IMG/VR virus record: IMGVR_UViG_3300036767_001238
Location: 1-58,881 of that record
Source: a virus
Taxonomy: Duplodnaviria; Caudoviricetes
Direction: 5' to 3' (one strand)
Length of the DNA: 58,881 nucleotides
Shown here piece after piece: positions 1 through 9,205 of the stretch (its first letter is position 1; every line of letters starts with the position of its first letter). The notes beneath the pieces were generated by a model. It was not told the origin of the DNA and ran no database searches. It saw only the letters and a program-made list of their open reading frames with translations. A program made the position numbers and the translations under genes.

Positions 1-26
1 GATGGTTTTTTCAGGTTTGCGCTAAA

Positions 27-41
27 GAACATTTCGTGAAC
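27..41. promoter_or_regulatory. Alphaproteobacterial LexA (SOS) box GAAC-N7-GAAC
   Basis: gaac atttcgt gaac, intergenic; the regulated gene probably lies outside the window. Confidence 0.6.
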
Positions 42-58
42 TTCACCACGCGGAGCGC

Positions 59-613
59 TCATTGTGGAAGTATGCGCAAGTAGCACTGATCCTTCGCTTC
101 TTTCGCGAGGTAAATGACCTGAAACCCTGCCTGCTTTGCCTTCTCCGGCAGATCTTGCGGCCCGTTCCATAGATCTGGACCACCAGCGCGTTCCACCTCT
201 CCGCTCGATTTTGCTTCGTCAGCGGCATCGAACCGATCGATTAGAAGGCGCTGTTTGCAATCGACGTCTTGCCGATATCGTTTCCATTCTTCCAGCTCCC
301 CGACGGCGGAATAGGTGAAGCCAAGTAGCACAGTTTCCGGTTCGTCGCCATCGACGTAGAACCGGGCGCGTTGTCCGCACGACAGGCTTTCAAGGTCGAC
401 GCCGTATCGCCGGGTGACGGCTCTCTCAATCTCAGCTGGGACCTGACCGGCAACATCGCGCAGAGCTTCAATGTCTCCGAACACGGCCGTGACCGATAAG
501 AACCCGAGCCTGTAACAAAACACGATTTCCTCGAGCGCCGCGCGCTGGTGCGCACTCAGGGTATCCAGTGCAGCCGAATATCCTGTCAAAGCGTTTATGT
601 TTCGAAACTGCAT
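59..613 (-). CDS. Hypothetical protein, last visible gene of the receptor-binding operon
   Basis: ATG at 613 with AGGAGG RBS just after the stop of the upstream gene; no recognisable motif. Confidence 0.7.
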   Translation of the reverse strand: MQFRNINALTGYSAALDTLSAHQRAALEEIVFCYRLGFLSVTAVFGDIEALRDVAGQVPAEIERAVTRRYGVDLESLSCGQRARFYVDGDEPETVLLGFTYSAVGELEEWKRYRQDVDCKQRLLIDRFDAADEAKSSGEVERAGGPDLWNGPQDLPEKAKQAGFQVIYLAKEAKDQCYLRILPQ

Positions 614-624
614 TTTCTCGCCTC

Positions 625-1347
625 CTAGTCGACGACCACCGAGCCGCTCGCTGTGAAGCTGGCGGCTTTTTCGTCCCAAGTGAGGTGTGCAGATCCCGCA
701 GCCCCGTCGCCTCCGCGATATCCGGCAATAGAGCCAAGGCCGCCTGCACCAATGCTGACGGTCAACACATCACCGTAGACCACCTCGAGTGAGCCGATGC
801 GCCGTGTCCCAGCCGAGCCGCCAAACCCGCCGGCGCCCGAGGAATCGTAAGTTGACGGATTGTCACCACCCCCTCCACCGCCACCTGCGCCGTAGGATGA
901 ACTGGGCGCGGCACCGCCAGCAGAATTGACGTTTCCTCCAGCACCACCAGGCCCGTACACCGACCATTCGCCGTCATTTCCGGAACGTGGCGCCTGACCG
1001 TTCAAGCCCCCCAAACCACCGGCCGCTGAAACCAACTGTTTACCTGCTGATGTGATCTTTGTGGCACCACCAGAATCCGCTCTTCCCGAGGCAGTGCCAT
1101 CCCCCACACCATGTCCGCCGCCCCCGCCACCACCGATGATTTCATAATCGACGACTACCGTCAGAGCGCCGCCACGGAATTCAGAAAACGATATTGTACC
1201 GTTCGCGGGAATCCGCAGGTTGGGCGCACCCGCAGCAGGGACGCGACCGGCTCCGCGATAGAAGGCGCTCAAGGGCAACTCAGCATCGCCACCAAATTCG
1301 GCAGCGATGCTCGAGAGAGACAAAGCCCCAGATACCACAACTGCCAT
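625..1347 (-). CDS. Glycine-rich tail-tip adhesin (gp38-like architecture)
   Basis: N-terminal SGALSLSSIAAEFGG...FYRG...IP.NGTISFSEFRG followed by repeated polyglycine motifs. Confidence 0.7.
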   Translation of the reverse strand: MAVVVSGALSLSSIAAEFGGDAELPLSAFYRGAGRVPAAGAPNLRIPANGTISFSEFRGGALTVVVDYEIIGGGGGGGHGVGDGTASGRADSGGATKITSAGKQLVSAAGGLGGLNGQAPRSGNDGEWSVYGPGGAGGNVNSAGGAAPSSSYGAGGGGGGGDNPSTYDSSGAGGFGGSAGTRRIGSLEVVYGDVLTVSIGAGGLGSIAGYRGGDGAAGSAHLTWDEKAASFTASGSVVVD

Positions 1348-1349
1348 GA

Positions 1350-1697
1350 TCAAGGTGCTCCAAATGCGGTGACATCGCCGGACACGATCAGATTTCCGTC
1401 TGGATCAAGACGCATCCGTGCTGCGCCATCGTGATAGAACCGCAGATTGCCGCTTGCATCAGCCGTGATGGTCCAGTCGCCAACTTGCCCATATGCAAGG
1501 GCACCAAGCCCCAGACTTGATGCGACCGCCTGCGGCGACCCGATCTCGACAATCGTAAATGTGCCATTTCCGTTATCGCGTTTAAGGAAGAGCTTGCCGT
1601 CTCGGGTGTTGATTGCAAGTTCGCCAAGGTCGATTTGGGCCGTTGTGGGCACCTTGCCGGGGACGGCCGACCTTTTGTTCAAGACCCTGGACGTCAT
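1350..1697 (-). CDS. Very short tail-fibre protein with T4 gp37-like N-terminal anchor motif
   Basis: KRSAVPGKVPTTAQIDLGELAINTRDGKLF at N-terminus; ends GNLIVSGDVTAF, a typical fibre-tip motif. Confidence 0.7.
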   Translation of the reverse strand: MTSRVLNKRSAVPGKVPTTAQIDLGELAINTRDGKLFLKRDNGNGTFTIVEIGSPQAVASSLGLGALAYGQVGDWTITADASGNLRFYHDGAARMRLDPDGNLIVSGDVTAFGAP

Positions 1698-2320
1698 GAC
1701 GAAAAGCCTGCTTCTGCGCTCGCAAATTCAATGACTTCGGCGGGCGCTTCATCGACAACCGCTCTTGCGTCCGCCCGCTCGGCTTCGTCCCAGACGATCT
1801 TCGGGTTCGGCACCATCTCGGTCCCGGTCTGCTCGCCGGTCACCTCATCGTAGATGGGCCGCGCGACCTCCGCCGGGAGCGGGCCGATCGCCGCCTGCAC
1901 CACGACGGTCTCCATCACCGGCTCCCCGTTTGTCTCGTCGAACACGGGCTGGCCAAGGTCGTCAATCGCCTGCAGTTCCTCGGTGATCTCGGGGCGACCG
2001 TCCGCCAGCCGATACCGCGCCAGACGGGACTGCGCCTCCCGGTAGGCCGCCAGCTGGTGGTTAAACAGGTTGTGTTCTCCATTCACGAGGTTGTCGGCCT
2101 CCCAGCCCAACGCATAGGCTTGGTAGGAAACGTGCCCCAACGCCTGCACAACGGCCGCGAGCCTCGGAGTGAGGTCAGCGTGCGGGATCACCCGCAGCAG
2201 CTCTTCATCGCCCGTCCGTGCGCCCGCCTGCGCCAGTTCAGCCGCAACATGGGCCATGCCCCGCTTGGTCGCCTGACGCACATCCAGCGGCGCGTCGCCC
2301 TTCTTGATGAAAATCGTCAT
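1694..2320 (-). CDS. Hypothetical tail-fibre-associated protein
   Basis: 208 aa acidic ORF, ATGA-coupled to the downstream gene within the fibre operon. Confidence 0.7.
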   Translation of the reverse strand: MTIFIKKGDAPLDVRQATKRGMAHVAAELAQAGARTGDEELLRVIPHADLTPRLAAVVQALGHVSYQAYALGWEADNLVNGEHNLFNHQLAAYREAQSRLARYRLADGRPEITEELQAIDDLGQPVFDETNGEPVMETVVVQAAIGPLPAEVARPIYDEVTGEQTGTEMVPNPKIVWDEAERADARAVVDEAPAEVIEFASAEAGFSS

Positions 2321-2323
2321 GGA

Positions 2324-2623
2324 TCAGACCTCGCGCACGCAGATCACGCCAACGTCCACCGTGGCCGGGGCCACCGCGAACACCAGCGAGTAGATGAACC
2401 CGTCGTATGAGATGGTGTAATCCTCGCCCGTGCCGGGACGCTTCAGCGCGCCGCCGACATAGGCGAACTTCGGTTTCCACCCGCGCGGTAGCGCAAATGT
2501 GGTGGTCGCGCCGTCGCCAGAGAACCAGAAGGCCTCCTGCGTGACGCCCGCAGCGACCTTGGCGCGCAGAGCCGCAAGCTCCTCGCGCAGGTTCAGCTCC
2601 GGCTTGGAAATGCTAACTGCCAT
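2324..2623 (-). CDS. Hypothetical tail-fibre-associated protein
   Basis: FSGDGATTTFALP...DYT motif resembles fibre attachment beta-sandwich domains; operon position. Confidence 0.7.
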   Translation of the reverse strand: MAVSISKPELNLREELAALRAKVAAGVTQEAFWFSGDGATTTFALPRGWKPKFAYVGGALKRPGTGEDYTISYDGFIYSLVFAVAPATVDVGVICVREV

Positions 2624-2627
2624 GTCG

Positions 2628-5096
2628 TCATTGCTCCGCGATCAGGCCGTTGACCGCCGAAATGGCGGTCGTGACCGGTGTTTCGGTGTTGGCCACCCGT
2701 TGGAGGCCGTCGAAGGTGGAGCGGCCCGCCGAAGTCCCGACGTGCAGCAGATTGGTCTTGGGGTCGTGCGCCAGCGCCGTGACCGCATCCGAGGTGCCGA
2801 ACAGCGTGCATTTTGCGCCCGGCTGGAACAGCTTGCGCTCGTCCTCGTAGATTTTGGCGATTTGATCCGGGGCCGGGATCGTTTCTGTAATACGGAATAG
2901 AGAAAGCGACGCTGTCCCAACGGGATGGATGCGAAGCTCATGCAGATCCGACACGATCCCGTGATTCAGATACTGTGACATGAATTTGCCGTCTTGATAG
3001 TGGCGGAAATCACCACCCTCGAAGATCGCCACGTGCAGCGCCCACTGGCCGTTGTGCGGGGGACAATCCCCGCCAGCGTTTAGGCTGCGGCGTCCTTGCC
3101 AGATAAACCGTGGCTGTCCGGTTGTGCCGTCGAAGTAGAGGTTAAAGAATTGCGCGCTGGTGCCGCTACCTAAGGCCTCATGCCAACCGAAAACTTGTGA
3201 GGACGGGTTGCCTTTTGCCCAAAACACCATTGCGAAGGTCGATGCGCCAGAAAGAGAACCTTTGAAGTCTTTTCCCAAGAAATCGACATTGGTTACCATG
3301 TTGCCGTATGAGGCTAGCTCGGCTCCATCCGCTACAGCCTCGCGACGAACGGTTCCGTGCACAGTGAAGCCGCTATTGTTCACCGAGCGATCCGGGACCC
3401 CCGGCCGCACGGAAATATTGTCAAAATCCATGAAGTCCGACAGCGCGCCGGGTTGGAAATGGGTCTTAAGCGTGATGTAGGTCGTAGGACCAGTAGCCGT
3501 GAAGTAGGTTTCGTAAACGCCCACACCCACATTGGCGGGGTGATCGTATAGCTGCGTTCCGTTGGGTCCATAGCCGATCCGGAAGTCTGCCACCCCTCCA
3601 GTGCCACCGATGATTTCGAACTGAGCGCGGTATGTTTGGCCCATGACTGTGGGGACAGCTTGATAGATGTATGCGTTTCCGTAAACGCGAAGCGCACCAT
3701 CAATGACCTCCGCGTAGTCCGCATCACCACTGCCAGAAACCCAGCCGGTCATGTCTGTGTCAAACGTGCCGTTCGTGATCTGCTCCGACGAGACGAGAAC
3801 GGTTTGATCTATGCCGGCAAGCGCAGCCAACTTGATCTTTCCGGGCATCCAGCCTGTATTGTGTTGCGTCGAAATAAACGCAGCCATGCCATTTTCAGGA
3901 CTGTCAGGTTTCCTGCTGACAAGTCCGAGACCCAAGGCGCGAGCGGCTAGCATGTCGCCATAAGGAATTGCACCTTTGCCAATGTTGCCAAAAGCAGTCT
4001 TTGGGAATGCTAAATCACCAGACCAGGCACCGCCGGGATACCAGATATATCGCTCATCAGCCGCCTGGGAATTATAGTCAGCGCCAGCCCAGACCTCATC
4101 ACCGTATGGGATTTTGTGCACATTAACGACGCGGCTTGCAGCGGTGGAACTGTCCTGACCAATCAAAAGTCTGTCGCCAAAAAATGCAATCGAACCAGCG
4201 TTCATCGTGTAGACAGACGCAGTGATGTCCACGACCGTACCGCTGTCCTTGATCACAGAAACTCCGCCAGCGGTAGCTACTGCAATCGTTGGTATGGGAA
4301 GGCTTGTGGCCGGATCAACCGGGGCGTTGGGGAGGACAGTTATAGCGACGTCGTTTGCCGAAGGGTGAGCCAGGACAAACATTGATGGCGGACCAGAATA
4401 CGCGGGGAAAGCAACCGCATTTCTGAACTTCGCAATCAGCACGCTCAGTTTGTATGAACCTCCGCCGACCCCAATATAGGCTTCCTCACTGATGAAGTTT
4501 GCACGGCTAATGCTTCGAGATGAAGACGAGCCGACAAGCCAGCCATTTTGCATTGTTGCAGCAGTTATTGCCCCGCCGCCCGCGGTATTGAAAAACTTGT
4601 CACTACCGACGTCAAAAACCATCCACATAGGCAGCGCAGGATCATCTCCATCATAGATCGTGACCTTCGCAGCCTCAGCCACAATCACTGCAACGGCCGG
4701 GAACTCCCGGCGCGACCCACGAGTAGCAGTATTCAGGTTCTCGTTATACCAGCTCGTGTGCTGGCACCGCCTGCGCCATGCCCCGCCGTCGCTGTCGAGA
4801 CTCGTGTCGTAGACGAACACGTCCACGGCGGTTGCGGCTTTCTCGGCTAGGATCGCGCTTATGCCCTGATAGGTCACGTCGGCTTTCACGGTCGCAAGAT
4901 GGGTGGCGGCGTCAGTCGCGTTTGCGGCTGCTTCGCCCAGGTAGCCTTCGGTCGCCGCCAGCTCGGCCTGTGTGGAAATTATTTCAGCGTCTGCTTGGGA
5001 GACCTTCGCGTCCAGCTGCGACTTGGTGACGTTCGTCTCGCCGGTCAGCTGGTCTACCGAAATCGTCAGCTTCGAGATCGAGCTCATCAGTGTCAT
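2628..5096 (-). CDS. Receptor-binding/tail spike protein, paralog 2 (coiled-coil stalk, beta-rich body, CBM-like and LamG-like regions)
   Basis: 822 aa; ITNGTFDTDMTGW carbohydrate-binding-like motif; conserved blocks shared with 5164-7605. Confidence 0.75.
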   Translation of the reverse strand: MTLMSSISKLTISVDQLTGETNVTKSQLDAKVSQADAEIISTQAELAATEGYLGEAAANATDAATHLATVKADVTYQGISAILAEKAATAVDVFVYDTSLDSDGGAWRRRCQHTSWYNENLNTATRGSRREFPAVAVIVAEAAKVTIYDGDDPALPMWMVFDVGSDKFFNTAGGGAITAATMQNGWLVGSSSSRSISRANFISEEAYIGVGGGSYKLSVLIAKFRNAVAFPAYSGPPSMFVLAHPSANDVAITVLPNAPVDPATSLPIPTIAVATAGGVSVIKDSGTVVDITASVYTMNAGSIAFFGDRLLIGQDSSTAASRVVNVHKIPYGDEVWAGADYNSQAADERYIWYPGGAWSGDLAFPKTAFGNIGKGAIPYGDMLAARALGLGLVSRKPDSPENGMAAFISTQHNTGWMPGKIKLAALAGIDQTVLVSSEQITNGTFDTDMTGWVSGSGDADYAEVIDGALRVYGNAYIYQAVPTVMGQTYRAQFEIIGGTGGVADFRIGYGPNGTQLYDHPANVGVGVYETYFTATGPTTYITLKTHFQPGALSDFMDFDNISVRPGVPDRSVNNSGFTVHGTVRREAVADGAELASYGNMVTNVDFLGKDFKGSLSGASTFAMVFWAKGNPSSQVFGWHEALGSGTSAQFFNLYFDGTTGQPRFIWQGRRSLNAGGDCPPHNGQWALHVAIFEGGDFRHYQDGKFMSQYLNHGIVSDLHELRIHPVGTASLSLFRITETIPAPDQIAKIYEDERKLFQPGAKCTLFGTSDAVTALAHDPKTNLLHVGTSAGRSTFDGLQRVANTETPVTTAISAVNGLIAEQ

Positions 5097-5120
5097 GTCT
5101 TTGTCCTTAGCGGGGGCGTG

Positions 5121-5157
5121 AGAAAAAGGGGCGCAATCACGCAGTCAGCGCCGCCCC
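5121..5157 (-). terminator. Probable intrinsic terminator/attenuator between the two RBP paralogs
   Basis: Minus strand ggggcg...cgcccc stem followed by tttttct. Confidence 0.5.
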
Positions 5158-5163
5158 AATCGC

Positions 5164-7605
5164 TTATTGCTCGACGACCAGATCGCCGGCCGCCGCAATG
5201 GCCGTTGCCACCGGTGCCGTCGTATTCGCCACCCGGCGCAGGCCTTTGAAAACCGACCGGCCAGCACTGGTCCCAACGTGAAGTAGACCGGTGTCAGGAT
5301 CGTGAGCTAGCGCTGCCACCGCGTCAGACACGCCATAAAGCGTGCATGCGGCGTTCTCTTGGAACAGCACCTTTTCGTCTTCGTAGATACGTCGGATTTG
5401 GTCTGCTGTCGGGGCGGTGCCTCCAACACGCCAGAGTGCCATGCCAAGAACGACGGTGATCGTCGGGGCAATGGGATTGTAGCCGATGAATGCCGTCGGG
5501 CGGAGGTCGGAAATATCACCAGCCATGGGGCCTATGAAACCGAGAACCGCGTCCTGATAAATCTCCAGCACACCATTTCGACGAAGCGCGACTACGTGGA
5601 GCCATTTCGAGATTTCGCCTTTGATCGAGCTATAATAGGTGGCCCCATTTGCTCTGAACGCCAGCCGCTCATCAGATGGGTCGGTCGCAGTGTCTTTGAA
5701 GAAATGGAAACCGGTATGCGGAGCGCTTTGACGGGAAAAAAATGTTCCGGTGCTGTTGAGAGCACCACCCCGATACCACCCCATCATGCAGAAATCGCCA
5801 GTACCGAAATCCAAGGCGCTATTGTAAGGCTGCTCAAGATAGTTTGTGGACGAAAACCCGGAATATCCAACCAACTCCGCACCGACGGCAACAGGAGCTC
5901 TGCCAATTGTGCCCTTGACAATAAAACCAGACGCCTTCTTTCCATCAGCAGCGACAGAGCGGTCAGGAATCGATCTAAAGATTTTGAAGTTGTCGATCCA
6001 GCGATCGTTTGACGATGAGTAGAAGAATGGGTACTGCCCCCCAGTGTAGGTGAAAGTGATGTGATTTACGCCAGTGGCAAGGGCTCCATTGGTTGCGCTT
6101 GCGGTATAGTAACCGACAGTTCCGGCTCCTGATCCGCACTCGACTTCGATCGTGTAGGTCTCACCTGTGATCAGGTTTGCGATTGTCGCAGCCGGGATCA
6201 GATTGTGATACGTCGACCCCACGCGAGCAACGCGTCGATTTGCAGCGTCGTATTGCCAGTCAGTTCCAAGGAACCAGCCTGAGGCGTCAGCATCAAACGA
6301 TCCATTGATAGCCAAGTCCTCGCCGACGAGGACAGAATCATCTGTGTCGGCCAACCACGCCCCTTTAATAGCTCCCGGCATCCACCCTGTCGTGTAGGAC
6401 GCCGAAATTGCTGCTGCGCAAAGGCTGCCAATGGATGCGCTGTTCAGCATCAGCTTGGTGAGGCCACCACGTATCCCTGCGCCCCCAAATGCGCGCCCGT
6501 CAGTAAAGCTGCTCATGTAGAATGGAACGTTGATTGTCCCGCCCGCCACGCCAGCGACAATCCCTTTCTGGGTGAAAGTCGGCGATGAAAGCTGATTAAC
6601 TGGCCCGTAGATGCGAAGGTGCGCCGCGTAATAGCCCGAGATCAACTCGTTCTCTGGGTTGAACACAACATCTCCGGCCTCGAGCGTCTCTGCACTAGAA
6701 GTAACAGAACCATCTTGGCGCAAGAGTGCAACCCCGCCCTTGGTTGCAAAAGCCAGTGTCAATTCAGGAAGGCCGGTTGATGGATTTTCCTGAGCATCAG
6801 GGAGGACGGTCATCGCAACATCGTTGATCCACCCATTAGGTAGGCGGACAACAGGGGACCGCTGGAAGGTTCCCAATGGTCCAAAATTGACAACGCGCAC
6901 GCCGTTCTTGCTCCCATAATTTGAATTGTATCCATAGGTCCCGATCTTCTGCGTTGTGTCTGATACAAAGTTGAAAATCAGAGCACCGCCAAAATTATTG
7001 CCCTCAGACGGGTCTCCGATCGGCTTTCCCGTGGCCACAAGTGCGCCATTCCTAGCTGCGATCGACGTCGCCTCGCACCCATAGCCGTCAACGAACAAAT
7101 ACGCGCCGATAGAGTAGCCGTTGATAACCATCCACATCGGCAGATCAGGATCGTCGCCGTCGTAGATCGTCAGCTTTCCCTTTTCCAAGACCAGCGCCAC
7201 CACCGCCGGAAACTCCCGCCGCGCGCCCCGCGTCGCGGTATTAAGGGGCTCCCGATACCAGCTTGTCCCGGCGCAACGATGCCGCCAGGCTCCACCATCG
7301 CTGTCTTTCGAGGTGTCATAAATGAACACATCGACGGCCTTGACAGCCTTGGTGAGCGCAACCGCAGAAAGATCCTGATAGGCCACAGCCGAGGCGGCCG
7401 ACTGCGCCGCGCTATACGCCGTATCCTTGAAAGCCCCAGCCTGATCGCGGGCCGAAAGCGCATTTGCCTTGGCGGCCTGCGCCTGCGCGGTCGCTGACTG
7501 CGCGTCGGCAACCGAGGCATCAAGGGTGGCTTTCTTGGACACCACAGCCCCCTTCAGTTTGTCGACCGAGGCCGTCAGGGCATCCACTTGCTGTTCAACT
7601 GTCAC
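5164..7605 (-). CDS. Receptor-binding/tail spike protein, paralog 1 with LamG/concanavalin-like domain
   Basis: 813 aa; LDFGTGDFCMMGW...WLHVVALRRNGVLEIYQD LamG-like motif; INGSFDADASGW CBM-like motif. Confidence 0.75.
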   Translation of the reverse strand: MTVEQQVDALTASVDKLKGAVVSKKATLDASVADAQSATAQAQAAKANALSARDQAGAFKDTAYSAAQSAASAVAYQDLSAVALTKAVKAVDVFIYDTSKDSDGGAWRHRCAGTSWYREPLNTATRGARREFPAVVALVLEKGKLTIYDGDDPDLPMWMVINGYSIGAYLFVDGYGCEATSIAARNGALVATGKPIGDPSEGNNFGGALIFNFVSDTTQKIGTYGYNSNYGSKNGVRVVNFGPLGTFQRSPVVRLPNGWINDVAMTVLPDAQENPSTGLPELTLAFATKGGVALLRQDGSVTSSAETLEAGDVVFNPENELISGYYAAHLRIYGPVNQLSSPTFTQKGIVAGVAGGTINVPFYMSSFTDGRAFGGAGIRGGLTKLMLNSASIGSLCAAAISASYTTGWMPGAIKGAWLADTDDSVLVGEDLAINGSFDADASGWFLGTDWQYDAANRRVARVGSTYHNLIPAATIANLITGETYTIEVECGSGAGTVGYYTASATNGALATGVNHITFTYTGGQYPFFYSSSNDRWIDNFKIFRSIPDRSVAADGKKASGFIVKGTIGRAPVAVGAELVGYSGFSSTNYLEQPYNSALDFGTGDFCMMGWYRGGALNSTGTFFSRQSAPHTGFHFFKDTATDPSDERLAFRANGATYYSSIKGEISKWLHVVALRRNGVLEIYQDAVLGFIGPMAGDISDLRPTAFIGYNPIAPTITVVLGMALWRVGGTAPTADQIRRIYEDEKVLFQENAACTLYGVSDAVAALAHDPDTGLLHVGTSAGRSVFKGLRRVANTTAPVATAIAAAGDLVVEQ

Positions 7606-7617
7606 GGGCGGGGCTCC

Positions 7618-8325
7618 TTACGAAAAGGCGACGGCGGAGACATACCGCGTCTGCGAATTGACAAAGGCGGTCGCCATTTCCAACATGGCGGTCTGGATGT
7701 CGGTCAGTGGTCCAGCCGCGTCCTGCACGGTACCGATGTTGGTCGCGATCACCTCGATGTCCTCGGCAAGCGGCTGAACAATGGCGGCAGCGGCCGAGGC
7801 GATGGTCTCGCTTTGAGCGGCGTTGGCTTCGCTTTGGGCAGCGGCTTGTTCACTCGACAAAGCCGCCGCTTGGGAAACAGCAGCAGCCTGTTCATAGCCT
7901 GCAGCATTGGTCTCGGATCCGGCCGCCTGCACTGCAGACGCCGCGGCATCAATTGCGCTCTGCGCCGCCTGCGATGCACTCACCTCGGACGCATCTTCAG
8001 ACACCTTGGCATTCCCGGCAGAAACAAAGGCCTCGGATGCTTTGGCCACCGAGGTGGTCGCGGCATTCTGTGCTGCCGTCAGTTGGCTGTTGAAGGTGGC
8101 AAGCTGTGCCTGACCAGCCTCAATGGCTTCTTGCGCCGTCAGCATCTGACTGTAGGTCGCATAGGCTGGCAGGGTTGCATAGTCAGAGGCGCCATCACCG
8201 ACCTTGGTGATGCCCGTATCGATCTCGAAGGCAAATTCGCCCTCGGCCAGGATCGGATTGGCGGCGGTCCATTCGGCTGCGGTGCCGCGGCGCATCTGGA
8301 TTTTGGCAAAGACAGTTGAAGTCAT
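7618..8325 (-). CDS. Tail-fibre adaptor with Mtd_N/hyaluronidase-N-like domain and Ala-rich coiled coil
   Basis: IQMRRGTAAEWTAANPILAEGEFAFEIDTGITKVGDG...LP.Y; ATG at 8325 overlaps the upstream stop. Confidence 0.8.
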   Translation of the reverse strand: MTSTVFAKIQMRRGTAAEWTAANPILAEGEFAFEIDTGITKVGDGASDYATLPAYATYSQMLTAQEAIEAGQAQLATFNSQLTAAQNAATTSVAKASEAFVSAGNAKVSEDASEVSASQAAQSAIDAAASAVQAAGSETNAAGYEQAAAVSQAAALSSEQAAAQSEANAAQSETIASAAAAIVQPLAEDIEVIATNIGTVQDAAGPLTDIQTAMLEMATAFVNSQTRYVSAVAFS

Positions 8326-8783
8326 GGGGTTTCTCCCTGGACGCGGCCATCGATTGTACGGAGACTTGGATCGGCGGCAGCGCCACCGCAGTCGATGACG
8401 GCAAGGCCGGCGTAATCGGTATCGGGTGCCCCACCATCGAGGATCTGCGGGACGTAAGGCACATCGATCTCGACGGGGCCTGCGGCGCGCAATCGAAACG
8501 GCGATTTCCCGAAATAGACGACACCGGACATGCTGTTTCCTTGGTAAACAGTGACTGCTGCCGGCGCGGTGTCCGCGCACAGCCAAAGCGCCTCAAAGGG
8601 TGCGATGCCCCGGATGAGGCGCATCCTCCGGATCGCAAATCCGCCCTCGTCGGGCGGTTCATCTTCCGGTGCCACCTGGCCCCAAATCCGGGTGCCGACT
8701 TGCGGCACCACCAGTGCGCTGGAGGCGTTGAAAGCTACCATGGTCCAGACATCCGGGCTCAGGTCATGCTTGGTCCCGTCCAC
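8322..8783 (-). CDS. Hypothetical virion protein with DGG-type motifs in its C-terminal half
   Basis: ILDGGAP, IDCGGA, TIDGR; possible internal start at 8531 (AAGGA-N6-ATG). Confidence 0.6.
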   Translation of the reverse strand: MDGTKHDLSPDVWTMVAFNASSALVVPQVGTRIWGQVAPEDEPPDEGGFAIRRMRLIRGIAPFEALWLCADTAPAAVTVYQGNSMSGVVYFGKSPFRLRAAGPVEIDVPYVPQILDGGAPDTDYAGLAVIDCGGAAADPSLRTIDGRVQGETP

Positions 8784-8808
8784 AGATCACCTCAGCGGCT
8801 TCGAAACT

Positions 8809-9012
8809 TCAGGGCCGCCAGCCGCAGAGGCGCGCACCGATTTCATTATGGGTGACGATTTGGGCCAACGTGCCGTCGGTCAGTACATCGGCACGAGATG
8901 GTCTGATGGGGGCCGCCCAATCGCAGGCATCGCGATCGCGCCTCGGATCAATCGCGCATCCAGCGGTCAAGACGGCGCTCAAGATCAGCGCGATCAGCGG
9001 TTTGCACCTCAT
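8809..9012 (-). CDS. Outer-membrane lipoprotein o-spanin (Rz1-like)
   Basis: Signal peptide with lipobox LTAG-C; further Cys residues; overlaps the 3' end of the i-spanin gene in another frame. Confidence 0.8.
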   Translation of the reverse strand: MRCKPLIALILSAVLTAGCAIDPRRDRDACDWAAPIRPSRADVLTDGTLAQIVTHNEIGARLCGWRP

Positions 9013-9205
9013 GGGACACCTCCTTCGCTGTTTGCAAGGATCGGATCCGGGCATCAGCACGCCGGACCAGGAATTCGGCCTCAGCCTCCAGACGCCCACG
9101 CCGAAACGCGATCCAGATCGCGGCACCAATCGCAATAACGATCGCCCCCAGCAGAGTGGCCTTCCGGCCGATCCCGGAAAAGATGGCGGTCAGGATCGAG
9201 ATCAC
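8948..9205 (-). CDS. i-spanin (Rz-like)
   Basis: N-terminal transmembrane helix then charged helical region; downstream of the endolysin. Confidence 0.75.
   Translation of the reverse strand: MISILTAIFSGIGRKATLLGAIVIAIGAAIWIAFRRGRLEAEAEFLVRRADARIRSLQTAKEVSHEVQTADRADLERRLDRWMRD

Noticed and set aside
2628-7605. Invertible (shufflon/Gin-type) tail-fibre switch
   Set aside because: Both paralogs are full-length and co-oriented; no invertase or inverted crossover sites seen
7618-8325. Diversity-generating retroelement suggested by the Mtd_N-like domain
   Set aside because: No reverse transcriptase and no TR/VR repeat pair seen; the domain is only the N-terminal anchor
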